Positions 50,196 through 60,456 of a DNA stretch of 64,000 nucleotides are shown here, piece after piece. The notes below the pieces were generated by a model, which saw nothing but the letters and a program-made list of their open reading frames with translations, was not told the origin of the DNA and searched no databases. Positions within the stretch are counted from its first letter, which is position 1. Every line of letters starts with the position of its first letter. Made by a program: the position numbers and the translations under genes. The stretch is from contig DHQC01000013.1 of NCBI GenBank assembly GCA_002411005.1, positions 68,586-132,585 on the forward strand, written 5' to 3'. The DNA comes from Bacillales bacterium UBA5348 (GTDB lineage Bacteria; Bacillota_I; Bacilli_A; RF39; UBA660).

Positions 50196-50930
50196 TTGGG
50201 AGGAAAGAGTATAAATCATACTTTTTTAAAAACGAAAGATTATATTTCCATAGAAGCTACTTTTGTTGGTGTTGATTTTTGTTCAATAAATGATTATGGT
50301 GAGACATGTACCCTTATATATCAATATATTGTTGATGGTGAGCAATATTTTGTAAGTACAGATTATAAGACGGGAATAATTCGTGAAATTGGGATAACCA
50401 AAACAGTAAAATATAATCTGAATAATCCTGCTGAATCAGTAGTTGGTGAATTCAATTCCGCTGGCGCATTATTATTTGTCGGATTTATGTTTGTTGTTGT
50501 TCCCTTAATTATGTTGGTTGATAGTCGTTTGCGTTTTAATTCCTCTAATGCTAAAAAAGATGTCATTAAAAATAAAGTGTTTCGTGTTTTTATTGGACTG
50601 GTGTTTACGATATTGGGTGGTGTTACTTATTATAGTATTTGTGCTAATGGAGATTCTCTATCTATTATTGTGGCATTTCAAAATGCAGGTTTCTGGTTGA
50701 TAATTCTGCTAATGTTTATAGTTGTTGGTTTACTTATGACATTTGGAAGTGTCTTTTCAAAAGGTAAATCTATAAAATTTAACTCTTATGATGTTACAAC
50801 ACCAGATTATGTGTCATTACCTCAGTCAATTTTTCTTGAGAAGATAATTCGTTTTTTGCCACTTTTTAATTACGTTATGCTGTTGATTGTAAGTATGATT
50901 TTCTTGATAATCCTTGTTATGTTGGTTTAG
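50196..50930 (+). CDS. membrane protein with a DUF3592-like beta-rich domain
   Basis: soluble region ATFVGVDFCS..YGETCTLIYQYIVDGEQYFVSTDY...TKTVKYNLNNP then 4 TM helices; TTG start is uncertain. Confidence 0.4.
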   Translation: MGGKSINHTFLKTKDYISIEATFVGVDFCSINDYGETCTLIYQYIVDGEQYFVSTDYKTGIIREIGITKTVKYNLNNPAESVVGEFNSAGALLFVGFMFVVVPLIMLVDSRLRFNSSNAKKDVIKNKVFRVFIGLVFTILGGVTYYSICANGDSLSIIVAFQNAGFWLIILLMFIVVGLLMTFGSVFSKGKSIKFNSYDVTTPDYVSLPQSIFLEKIIRFLPLFNYVMLLIVSMIFLIILVMLV

Positions 50931-51286
50931 TTTTCTTATTATAGTGAATTATGTTGTAATTAAAGATATGGTTGATAAAGAACTTGCTATATTAGATAAT
51001 CCGGCTGGTATTTATTTTTTACTTTTTACAATTCCGTTCTGGATTGTTGGTATTATAGTTGCCTATTGAGAGTTGTTTAAAAAGAGCAAATAGTATGAAC
51101 CTCGTTTAGGAAAACCACTAAACTGTCAATGTTAAAAATTTTTATGATAATGTATTAAAGTAAATTCTTACCTCTCTATATAAAAAGTTTAGACATCTTG
51201 CTATATAAAAAAATCTGTTTATAGTATTATAATATAAACTATATAATTGTGGTGCTGTTAAAAAGAAAAGGTTAATTACATAGTGT

Positions 51287-51352
51287 TTGATTAATTGTAG
51301 AAAACAGGGTATAATGTAATTGTTAACTACTTTGTAGAGGAGTAGTTTTTTT
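51287..51352 (+). promoter_or_regulatory. consensus promoter (TTGATT-17-TATAAT) followed directly by a terminator-like hairpin, upstream of the ABC-F gene
   Basis: ttgatt aattgtagaaaacaggg tataat; then taactactttgtagaggagtagtt + T7 starting ~8 nt after the -10. Confidence 0.5.
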
Positions 51353-51376
51353 AATGAATTGATTGGAGGTACACTT

Positions 51377-53002
51377 ATGATTACAGTTAGTAATGTGAGT
51401 TTAAATTTTTCGGATAAGAAATTATTTGAAGATATAAATGTTAAATTTTTACCTGGGAATTGTTATGGTGTTATTGGAGCTAATGGTGCTGGGAAGTCTA
51501 CATTTTTAAAAATATTGTCAGGTGAGATTGATTCTAATAAAGGAAATGTTTACATTGAACCAGGTCAAAGAATGGCTGTTCTTAAGCAAAATCACTATGA
51601 ATTTGATGATTATACTGTTCTTGATACTGTTATTATGGGACATAAAAGACTTTATGAAATAATGAAAGCTAAAGAAGAATTGTATAGTAAAGAGGAATTT
51701 ACAAATGAGGATGGTATTTTAGCTGGTGATTTAGAGGCTGAATTTGCGGAACTTAATGGCTGGGATGCAGAGTATAATGCTAATAAATTATTAAGTAATT
51801 TGGGCGTTGACAAGGATTATTGTAATAGTAAGATGAGTGAACTTTCTGGGAAAGATAAAGTCAAGGTTTTATTAGCTCAATCATTATTTGGTAATCCAGA
51901 TATTATACTTATGGATGAACCAACAAACCACTTAGATTTTAAGGTTATAAATTGGCTTGAGGACTTTTTAATCGATTATGACAAAACAGTGATTGTTGTA
52001 TCCCATGATAGACATTTCTTGAATAAAGTATGTACACATATGCTAGATATTGATTTCAATACTGCAAAATTATATCCTGGTAACTATGATTTTTGGTATC
52101 AATCAAGTCAACTAGCACTTCAATTAGCAAAAGAGTCTAATAAGAAGAAAGAACAAAAAATAAAAGAGTTAGAAGACTTTATTGCGCGTTTTAGTGCTAA
52201 TGCCTCTAAATCAAAACAAGCAACTTCTAGAAAAAAGAGTCTTGAAAAGATAGAATTAGAAGAAATTAGACCTTCAAGTAGAAAATATCCATATATAGGA
52301 TTTACGTTAAATAGAGATTTAGGAAAAGATATATTAACGGTTGAAGGAATTACAAAAACGATCGAAGGTAAGAAAGTACTTGATAATGTAAGTTTTACTC
52401 TTAATAGAGGGGATAAGGCGGTATTGTTAGGGCACGATGATGTTGCTAAGACAACATTATTAAAAATTTTAGCTGGTGAAATGAAACCTGATAAAGGAAC
52501 GTTTAAATTTGGACAAACAGTGGAATTTGATTATTTTCCGCTTGATAATTCAGCATATTTTGAAGGTAGTCATCTAAATCTAATAGAATGGTTAGCTCAA
52601 TATTCAAAAGATACATCCGAGATTTTTTTAAGAGGCTTTTTAGGAAGAATGTTATTTTCTGGAGAACAACCACTTAAAATGGTAAGTGTTTTATCTGGTG
52701 GAGAAAAAGTACGATGCATGTTTTCTAAATTAATGCTTAGTGGTGCTAATCTACTAATGCTAGATCAGCCAACAAATCATTTAGATTTGGAATCTATTCA
52801 AGCTGTAAATGATGGTTTGGTTGCTTATAAAGGTTGTTTGCTTTTCACTTCGTACGATCACAGTTTCATTGATACTGTTGCTAACAAAGTAATAGAAATC
52901 ACTGATAATGGTGCATTTTCTATTGATATGTCATTTAGTGATTATTTAGCTGATGAAAAAATACAAAGTAAGATAGAGGTTATGTACGGCAAGAAAAACT
53001 AA
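51377..53002 (+). CDS. ABC-F family ATPase, YbiT-like (two NBDs, no TMD)
   Basis: near-collinear with E. coli YbiT (NCYGVIGANGAGKSTFLKIL; PtIM-like linker KKKEQKIKELEDFIARFSANASKSKQATSRKK; LSGGEK x2); second Walker A is degenerate (LLGHDDVAKTT); ATG at 51377 after GGAGGT. Confidence 0.8.
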   Translation: MITVSNVSLNFSDKKLFEDINVKFLPGNCYGVIGANGAGKSTFLKILSGEIDSNKGNVYIEPGQRMAVLKQNHYEFDDYTVLDTVIMGHKRLYEIMKAKEELYSKEEFTNEDGILAGDLEAEFAELNGWDAEYNANKLLSNLGVDKDYCNSKMSELSGKDKVKVLLAQSLFGNPDIILMDEPTNHLDFKVINWLEDFLIDYDKTVIVVSHDRHFLNKVCTHMLDIDFNTAKLYPGNYDFWYQSSQLALQLAKESNKKKEQKIKELEDFIARFSANASKSKQATSRKKSLEKIELEEIRPSSRKYPYIGFTLNRDLGKDILTVEGITKTIEGKKVLDNVSFTLNRGDKAVLLGHDDVAKTTLLKILAGEMKPDKGTFKFGQTVEFDYFPLDNSAYFEGSHLNLIEWLAQYSKDTSEIFLRGFLGRMLFSGEQPLKMVSVLSGGEKVRCMFSKLMLSGANLLMLDQPTNHLDLESIQAVNDGLVAYKGCLLFTSYDHSFIDTVANKVIEITDNGAFSIDMSFSDYLADEKIQSKIEVMYGKKN

Positions 53003-53062
53003 GATATCTTAGTTTTTTTGTAGGCAAAATTATCAAGTGATATTTGTTGTGTATCATATACT

Positions 53063-53347
53063 ATGTTAGAGATGATGACCATGGATTACCTTTTTAATTT
53101 TATATATACATTGCCACCTAAAAGTGCAACTATAATAGCAGTTCTTTTGGGTTTTATATTGATTGATGATTTGCCGGCAGAGAAACAAAATGTTCTTGGC
53201 AATTTTTTGGTTCTAGTTGGTCAAGTTGTAGCAACTAATGCTGCTCAACAAGATTATTCCGACGGGTTAAAACCTGATAAAGAGAAGGAACAAATGAAAA
53301 ATGATATTGAGAGGTTAAAAAAGCAAATAGAAGAATTACGAAGATAA
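53063..53347 (+). CDS. small membrane protein with a C-terminal coiled coil, unknown function
   Basis: one TM helix, EKEQMKNDIERLKKQIEELRR tail; start codon uncertain. Confidence 0.3.
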   Translation: MLEMMTMDYLFNFIYTLPPKSATIIAVLLGFILIDDLPAEKQNVLGNFLVLVGQVVATNAAQQDYSDGLKPDKEKEQMKNDIERLKKQIEELRR

Positions 53348-53405
53348 CCTTATTGACTAGATACCTTTATTATATTACTATTATAAGGGACTGTAGGAGG
53401 GGACA

Positions 53406-55547
53406 ATGAACGAAGAAATTATTAAACAAATAAGTGCTGGACTTAATGTTAAAGCAACGCAGGTATCAAGCACATTAAAACTATTAAGTGAGGGAAATAC
53501 CATCCCTTTTATTGCCAGATATCGTAAAGAAGTAACTGGTAATTTAGATGAAGAGCAAATTAGAAAAATAAATGATGTATACGAATATCAAGTTAATTTA
53601 TTAAAGAGAAAAGAGGATGTAATTCGTTTAATTGCGGAGAAAGATCTTATGACCCCTGAACTTGAAAAGAAAATTATGGATGCTTCAAAACTGGTTGAAG
53701 TTGAAGATATATATAGGCCCTTTAAAGAAAAGAAAAAGACTAAAGCAACTGATGCGATTAATAATGGCTTAGAGCCTTTAGCTAAAATGTTTATGATGTT
53801 TCCGGATAAAATTGATTGTGGTAACTTTATCAATGATAAAGTAAAAAATGAAGAAGAAGCTATTGAAGGCACTAAATATATTATTGCTGAATGGATTAGT
53901 GATAATGCTTATTACCGCAAATGGATAAGAGGATATTTCTTTAGAAATGGTGTAATTATTTCTAAAATGAAGAAGAATGCTCTTGATGAATTGAAAGTAT
54001 ATGAGATGTATTATGATTATAGCGAGGCGGTTAAAATGATAAAGCCTCATCGTATCTTAGCCATGAATCGTGGTGAAAAAGAGAAAATATTAAATATAAG
54101 TATTGATGTTGACACTAATGACATACTGTCATATTTAGAAGAACGAATCGTAAAAAATAAGAATAATGTAACTTATAAATATGTAGTTGAAGCTATAGCA
54201 GATAGTTATAAAAGATTAATTTCGCCTAGTATTGAAAGGGAAGTTCGTAGTGAACTTACTGAGGAAGCATCAGATGTTGCTATTGATGTGTTTGCAAAAA
54301 ACCTAGAAAAATTATTACTACAACCTCCGATGAAGGAAAAAATAGTGTTAGGTTTTGACCCTGCATATCGAACTGGGTGTAAATTAGCTATTGTTGACAA
54401 TACAGGCAAGAATATAAATGTAAGTGTTATCTATCCACATGAACCGAGGAATGAATATGATAAGAGTAAGAAACGTGTCTTGGATTTAATTGATAAATAT
54501 AAGATTGATATTATTGCTATTGGTAATGGTACTGCTTCTCGTGAAAGCGAAGCCTTTATTGTTGATGTTATAAAGGAAGCAAAAAGAAAGGTTGAATTTA
54601 TCATTGTTAGTGAGGCGGGGGCTTCTGTGTATTCTGCAAGTCCCTTAGCAATTGAAGAATTCCCCGATTTACACGTTGAAGAACGAAGTGCTATAAGTAT
54701 TGCTAGAAGACTGCAAGATCCTTTAAGCGAACTTGTTAAGATAGACTCTAAAAGTATTGGCGTAGGTCAATATCAACATGATGTTGCCCAAAACAAGTTG
54801 AATGAATCTTTAGATTTTGTTGTTACCAAAGCGGTTAATCAAGTTGGGGTAAATGTTAATACAGCAAGTAATTCTCTTTTGAAATATGTTTCTGGTTTAT
54901 CTAAGAAAATGATTTCAAATATTCTTGAATATCGTAATACTAACGGAAAAATAAATTCGCGTGAGGAATTAAAAAAGAAAAAGATTTTAACTCCTAAAGC
55001 ATATGAACAGGCTATTGGTTTTATTAGAGTTGTTGATGGTGTTAATCCTCTTGATAAAACAAGTATTCATCCTGAGAGTTATGATGTTACGATTAAACTC
55101 TTAAAATCACTTGATTTGGCAGCTGATGAAATAGGTTCTGATAAAATGATTGAGAAATTAGAACTTTTAAATATAGAGGGATATTCTAACAAATTAGGTG
55201 TGGACATCTATACTTTAGAAGATATTGTAAAATCTTTAAAACAGCCTAATAGAGATCCACGTGAAGAGTTTGATAAACCTTTGTTAAAAAGTGACATTCT
55301 AAATATAGAAGATCTTAAAAAAGGAATGAAACTTCAAGGGACAGTTAGAAATGTAGTTGATTTTGGTGTTTTCATTGACATTGGTCTTAAAAATGATGGC
55401 CTAGCTCATATTTCCAAACTTACTAATCATTTTATAAAACATCCTTTGGAAGTAGTTAGTGTCGGAGATATAGTTGATTGTTATGTAGAAGATATTTTTG
55501 TTGATAAAAAGAAAGTTAGTTTATCGCTAATTGAACCAAAAAGTTAA
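53406..55547 (+). CDS. tex: transcription accessory protein Tex (YqgF/HhH/S1 domains)
   Basis: 713 aa; N-terminal IPFIARYRKE, central YqgF and HhH repeats, C-terminal S1 domain. Confidence 0.9.
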   Translation: MNEEIIKQISAGLNVKATQVSSTLKLLSEGNTIPFIARYRKEVTGNLDEEQIRKINDVYEYQVNLLKRKEDVIRLIAEKDLMTPELEKKIMDASKLVEVEDIYRPFKEKKKTKATDAINNGLEPLAKMFMMFPDKIDCGNFINDKVKNEEEAIEGTKYIIAEWISDNAYYRKWIRGYFFRNGVIISKMKKNALDELKVYEMYYDYSEAVKMIKPHRILAMNRGEKEKILNISIDVDTNDILSYLEERIVKNKNNVTYKYVVEAIADSYKRLISPSIEREVRSELTEEASDVAIDVFAKNLEKLLLQPPMKEKIVLGFDPAYRTGCKLAIVDNTGKNINVSVIYPHEPRNEYDKSKKRVLDLIDKYKIDIIAIGNGTASRESEAFIVDVIKEAKRKVEFIIVSEAGASVYSASPLAIEEFPDLHVEERSAISIARRLQDPLSELVKIDSKSIGVGQYQHDVAQNKLNESLDFVVTKAVNQVGVNVNTASNSLLKYVSGLSKKMISNILEYRNTNGKINSREELKKKKILTPKAYEQAIGFIRVVDGVNPLDKTSIHPESYDVTIKLLKSLDLAADEIGSDKMIEKLELLNIEGYSNKLGVDIYTLEDIVKSLKQPNRDPREEFDKPLLKSDILNIEDLKKGMKLQGTVRNVVDFGVFIDIGLKNDGLAHISKLTNHFIKHPLEVVSVGDIVDCYVEDIFVDKKKVSLSLIEPKS

Positions 55548-55570
55548 TAATAATTATTAAAATGTAGAGA

Positions 55571-55596
55571 ATCGCTTTAAAAGGCGATTTTTTATA
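55571..55596 (+). terminator. terminator after tex
   Basis: aatcgctttaaaaggcgatt + T-run. Confidence 0.6.
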
Positions 55597-55662
55597 TGTC
55601 TACTGTTGTTTTTATGTGGAAAAAACAGTGGAATAATGATAAAATAATGGTAGGTGATATAA

Positions 55663-57096
55663 ATGAAAGAAGTTAGAACAAGATTTGCACCAAGCCCAAC
55701 TGGCTTTATGCACATTGGTGGCGTTAGAACAGCTTTGTATGCATATTTAGTTGCAAAACAAAACAATGGTAAATTTATTCTTAGAATAGAGGATACTGAC
55801 CAATCAAGATTTGTTGAGGGTGCAACTGAGGTTATATATAATACACTTAGGGATTTAGGATTGATTTGGGATGAAGGACCTGATATTGGTGGTCCCGTTG
55901 GTCCTTATGTTCAAAGTGAGAGAAAAGGCCATTACCTTGAGTATGCTAAAAAATTAGTTAACGAAGGAAAGGCTTATTATTGCTTTTGTAACGAAGAACG
56001 TTTAGAAGAGCTGAAAAAAGCAGCAGAATTATCTCGCATTGCGTATAAATACGATGGACATTGTCGCAGTTTCTCGCTTGAAGAAGCTCTAAAACGAGTT
56101 GAAGCTGGGGAAGAATATGTAATAAGGTTTAAGATGCCTAATGAGGGAACAACTGTTTTTGAAGATTGTGTGTATGGTACAATTGTTGTTAATAATGATG
56201 AATTAGAAGATTTAATTATGATTAAATCTGATGGAATGCCTACATATAATTTTGCAAATATTATTGATGATCACGAAATGGGGATTTCTCATGTTATACG
56301 TGGTAATGAGTATGTATCATCAACTCCTAAGTATGTCTTGATGTATCAAGCATTAGGTTTTGAAGTTCCTGAGTTTATACATTTGCCAGTTATTAAAAAA
56401 AATAAGGATTCAGATAAAAAACTTAGTAAGAGAGATGGAGATGCTACAGTTGATGTATTGAAGGCTAAAGGTTATTTAAATGCGGCTATAATAAACATGT
56501 TAGCATTGACAGGTTGGAGTTCTGGCAAAGAACAAGAAATTTTTACTCTAGAGGAGTTAGTAGAAGTTTTTGCTGTTAAGGGTATTGGCAAAGGTAATGC
56601 CATATTTGATATTGAAAAATTAAATTGGTTAAATAGTCACTATATTAAAGAATTAGCAAAAGAAGATTTATATAATTTCCTTTATCCTTTTGTTTCCAAA
56701 AATTATAACTTGGAAGACAAATCAAGAGAATGGCTTGATGAGTTATTCGAATTATTTAAAAGGCAATTATCTTTCGGTCAAGAAATAGTTGATTTGGTAT
56801 CAATCTTCTTTACTGATGATTATACAATCGATGATGATGCTAAAGAGTTTATGGAACAAGAGGGTATTAATAAAACAATAGAAGTGTTTACAAATGAAAT
56901 TAAAAAGATGAGTGAATGGAGTCTTGAAAATATCAACAATGCAATAACTGCAACCAAGGAAAAAGCTTTGGTTAAAGGGAAAATGCTTTATATGCCTATT
57001 ATGATAAAATTAATTGGCCAAATGCATGGACCTGAATTACCAAATATTGTTTACTTATTTGAGAGGGGAAAAGTGCTTGATAGGTTATCAAAATAA
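55663..57096 (+). CDS. gltX: glutamate--tRNA ligase
   Basis: RFAPSPTGFMHIGGVRTALY HIGH region; KLSKR KMSKS-equivalent; 477 aa. Confidence 0.9.
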   Translation: MKEVRTRFAPSPTGFMHIGGVRTALYAYLVAKQNNGKFILRIEDTDQSRFVEGATEVIYNTLRDLGLIWDEGPDIGGPVGPYVQSERKGHYLEYAKKLVNEGKAYYCFCNEERLEELKKAAELSRIAYKYDGHCRSFSLEEALKRVEAGEEYVIRFKMPNEGTTVFEDCVYGTIVVNNDELEDLIMIKSDGMPTYNFANIIDDHEMGISHVIRGNEYVSSTPKYVLMYQALGFEVPEFIHLPVIKKNKDSDKKLSKRDGDATVDVLKAKGYLNAAIINMLALTGWSSGKEQEIFTLEELVEVFAVKGIGKGNAIFDIEKLNWLNSHYIKELAKEDLYNFLYPFVSKNYNLEDKSREWLDELFELFKRQLSFGQEIVDLVSIFFTDDYTIDDDAKEFMEQEGINKTIEVFTNEIKKMSEWSLENINNAITATKEKALVKGKMLYMPIMIKLIGQMHGPELPNIVYLFERGKVLDRLSK

Positions 57097-57141
57097 TTAT
57101 TAAATGGATGTTTATAATATACTTAATGTAAGGAGGTAAAT

Positions 57142-58551
57142 ATGAAGATATATAATACACTTTCTAAGAGTATTGAGGAGTTTGTTCCTCGTGATCAAGA
57201 TGAGGTTAAAATGTATACCTGTGGTCCTACAGTTTATAATTATGCTCATGTAGGTAATTTACGCACTTATATTTTTGAAGATATATTTGAAAAAACTTTG
57301 AACTATATAGGTTACAAAGTAAAACGTGTTATGAATATAACGGATGTAGGTCATATGACGTCTGATGCTGATGCTGGTGAGGATAAAATGCTAAAAGGGG
57401 CTAAGAGAGAGGGCAAAGATGTTCTTGAAATAGCAGCATTTTATACAGAAGCTTTCTTTAATGATCTAAATAAATTAAATATAAAAAAACCAGACATTAT
57501 TGTTAAAGCAACAGATTTAATTGATGAATATATTAAAATTATTTCTAAATTATTAGAAACAGGGCATGCCTATATTTCTAACGGTAATATCTATTTTGAT
57601 ATTACTAAAGCTAATGATTATTATAAATTGTCAGGTCTAAAAGAGAGTGATCTATTAGTAGGGGCTAGAGATAATGTAGACGAAGATAAAAACAAGCATA
57701 ATGTTTTTGATTTTGGTTTGTGGTTTACTTCATCTAAATTCGATAAACAAGCTTTAAAATGGGATTCACCCTGGGGTGTTGGTTATCCTGGTTGGCATAT
57801 AGAATGTTCTGGGATTAGTATGAAGTATTTAGGTGAATATCTAGATATTCATTGTGGAGCTGTGGACAACATATTTCCACATCATACTAATGAGATTGCT
57901 CAAAGTGAAGCTTATTTAGGCCATAAATGGTGTAATTATTGGGTTCATGGGGAATTCTTGAATGACGAAACAGGTAAAATGAGTAAATCAAAAGGAGAGT
58001 TTTTAATTCTTTCACTGTTAGAAAATAAAGGATATAAACCACTTGCATATCGTTTCTTTTGCTTAGGCTCACATTATCGTAGACAACTTGTATTTTCATA
58101 TGAATCTTTAGATATAGCAGCTGCTTCTTATGAAAAACTTTTGAATAGGGTGAAAAACATTACTTCTGATGATAGTATAATCGATAAAGAAAAAGCAGAG
58201 TCATATCAAGCAACAATTAAGAAAGCTTTGGAAGATGATTTAAATACAGCTAACGCTTTAACAACTCTATTTGAAGTTATAAAAGATTCAAATTTGAATA
58301 ATAATACAAAACTTTTCTTAATTGAAGACTTTGACGAAGTTCTTTCACTTGATTTATTAAAAAAAGAAACTAAAGTTATTGAAGATGAATTAGTATCAGA
58401 AATAGAATCGTTAATTAAGGAAAGAAATGCTGCTAAAGAGCAAAAAGATTACAATAGAGCAGATAAAATAAGAGAGTATTTACTATCTAAGGGTGTTGTT
58501 ATAAATGATAGTAGAGAAGGTACAACTTATGTTGTAAAGGAGGTAAAATAA
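57142..58551 (+). CDS. cysS: cysteine--tRNA ligase
   Basis: CGPTVYNYAHVGNLRTY HIGH region, KMSKS; 469 aa. Confidence 0.9.
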   Translation: MKIYNTLSKSIEEFVPRDQDEVKMYTCGPTVYNYAHVGNLRTYIFEDIFEKTLNYIGYKVKRVMNITDVGHMTSDADAGEDKMLKGAKREGKDVLEIAAFYTEAFFNDLNKLNIKKPDIIVKATDLIDEYIKIISKLLETGHAYISNGNIYFDITKANDYYKLSGLKESDLLVGARDNVDEDKNKHNVFDFGLWFTSSKFDKQALKWDSPWGVGYPGWHIECSGISMKYLGEYLDIHCGAVDNIFPHHTNEIAQSEAYLGHKWCNYWVHGEFLNDETGKMSKSKGEFLILSLLENKGYKPLAYRFFCLGSHYRRQLVFSYESLDIAAASYEKLLNRVKNITSDDSIIDKEKAESYQATIKKALEDDLNTANALTTLFEVIKDSNLNNNTKLFLIEDFDEVLSLDLLKKETKVIEDELVSEIESLIKERNAAKEQKDYNRADKIREYLLSKGVVINDSREGTTYVVKEVK

Positions 58552-59225
58552 TGGGACTAGATATATTATTATTTATTGTTTCACTTGTTTTAGTATTAGG
58601 TGCTCAAGGAATTGTTAGTGCATCTTATGCAAAATATAAGGTTAAAGAAAATAAAAAAGGAGTAACAGGTTTTGATGTAGCTCGTGCTATATTAGATAAA
58701 AACGGATTGAAGGGTATTTTGATAGTTGAAACACCTGACAAATTATCAGATCATTACGATCCTACACGTAAGACAGTTAGATTATCAACTGATGTATATC
58801 ATAACGCTACTATTGCTTCTGTTGCTATAGCAGCTCATGAATGTGGACACGTTATCCAACATAAAGAAAAATATGTTCCAATGATGATAAGAAGTGCTAT
58901 TGTTCCAATCGTTAATCTTGCATCTAAGATAGGTTATGTAGTGTTATTCATTGGTATAATTGCATCATTATTTGATTTAACTATGTTGGGAATAATACTA
59001 TTATGTGCAACATTAGTATTTCAATTAATAACATTACCAGTTGAGTTTAATGCTTCAAAGAGAGCTGTAAAAATATTGGAAAGTGAAAAATTAATTGAGC
59101 AACAAGAAAAAAGTGGTGTCAAGACAATGCTTACAGCAGCAGCTTTCACATACGTAGCATCTCTACTTGCAAACTTGCTCGAAATTCTACGTTTGTTTTT
59201 AATGGCAAGCAGAAGTCGCGATTAG
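58551..59225 (+). CDS. YugP-like zinc metallopeptidase (Zn_peptidase_2)
   Basis: 224 aa; near-collinear with B. subtilis YugP incl. HECGHVIQH zinc motif and LPVEFNAS. Confidence 0.8.
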   Translation: MGLDILLFIVSLVLVLGAQGIVSASYAKYKVKENKKGVTGFDVARAILDKNGLKGILIVETPDKLSDHYDPTRKTVRLSTDVYHNATIASVAIAAHECGHVIQHKEKYVPMMIRSAIVPIVNLASKIGYVVLFIGIIASLFDLTMLGIILLCATLVFQLITLPVEFNASKRAVKILESEKLIEQQEKSGVKTMLTAAAFTYVASLLANLLEILRLFLMASRSRD

Positions 59226-59289
59226 TTATGTTTTAAAAATAGTAATAATAAATGTTATATATGTTATAATTTTGTGATGGAGGTATTGT

Positions 59290-60444
59290 ATGAAAGGATT
59301 TTTTAACAACCAAAAAGTAGACGCAAAAAATTTAAATGAAGTACTAAAGTTAACCAATAAAATTTTAAAGGTTCTGTATGTATTACTAGTAATTGTTGGA
59401 ATTTATGCGGTTACACTTATTTTTAAAGAGTGGAAAATAATTTCGTTTATTTTGTTGCTATTGAAAATATTCTCACCATTCTTTATAGGGCTTATAATAG
59501 CATGGCTTCTTGCTCCATCTGTTAAATTCTTAGAAAAAAGAGGAATAAATAGAGTAGTTGGAACAGTAATGGTTTATTTTGTTTTGTTAGTTATCCTATA
59601 TTTAACAACAACAAGTATTTTCCCTTTATTGTTAAGTCAAGTTAATGAATTTATTTCTACATTCCCAGCTATTTTTGATAGTATAACAGCATGGTCGAAT
59701 AATTTTGTTGATCGTTTTAGAGATATTAGCTTTATAGATGTAGAGGCTGTTAAGGCTGACACTGTTGCATCTATTAATGGTTTGGTTGCATCTCTTACAA
59801 CTGATATTCCAACCACGGTTATGTCTTTAGTTAAGGGATTATTCTCAGCAATTGGTGTATTTGCAATTGGGCTTATGGTAGGCTTTTATTTATTGTTTGA
59901 TTTTGATAATGTTGGTAGAGTTTTATTATCAATGGTTCCAGAAAAAGCAAGAAAAGATGCTATGGGTTTGTTTATGGAAGCGAATGATTCATTACTTAAT
60001 TATATCAAAGGAACAATTTTTGTATCATTAATAATATTTGTATTTAGTTCAATAATATTTTCTCTTGCTGGTTTAAAAGCCCCATTATTGTTTGGTTTAA
60101 TATGTGGAATTACTAATGTTATTCCTTACGTTGGGCCATATCTAGGAGCTATTCCTGCAGCTATTGTAGCCTTTTCTCAAAGCGTAACAGTAGGTCTTGT
60201 TACACTTGGAGGTATTGTTATTATTCAATTTGTAGAAGGTAATTTTATTCAACCACTTGTTATGAGTAAAACAATGAAGTTACATCCTGTTACTATTTTA
60301 CTAGGATTATTAGTATTTGGTTATTTCTTCGGAATTTGGGGAATGATTCTTGCAACACCTTTAGTTGCTATAATTAAATCAATTACTATATTTGCTGAAA
60401 ACAAATATAAACTGTTAAAATTTAGAGAAGAAACAGAAGAATAA
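59290..60444 (+). CDS. AI-2E family transporter (PerM/UPF0118)
   Basis: 384 aa, 8 TM, typical AI-2E layout. Confidence 0.7.
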   Translation: MKGFFNNQKVDAKNLNEVLKLTNKILKVLYVLLVIVGIYAVTLIFKEWKIISFILLLLKIFSPFFIGLIIAWLLAPSVKFLEKRGINRVVGTVMVYFVLLVILYLTTTSIFPLLLSQVNEFISTFPAIFDSITAWSNNFVDRFRDISFIDVEAVKADTVASINGLVASLTTDIPTTVMSLVKGLFSAIGVFAIGLMVGFYLLFDFDNVGRVLLSMVPEKARKDAMGLFMEANDSLLNYIKGTIFVSLIIFVFSSIIFSLAGLKAPLLFGLICGITNVIPYVGPYLGAIPAAIVAFSQSVTVGLVTLGGIVIIQFVEGNFIQPLVMSKTMKLHPVTILLGLLVFGYFFGIWGMILATPLVAIIKSITIFAENKYKLLKFREETEE

Positions 60445-60456
60445 GGAGGAATCTTT

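Noticed and set aside
50093-50275. 60-aa + strand ORF spanning the attR-like repeat
   Set aside because: It runs across the tRNA-fragment/terminator repeat and into the DUF3592-like gene start; it is not a plausible gene.
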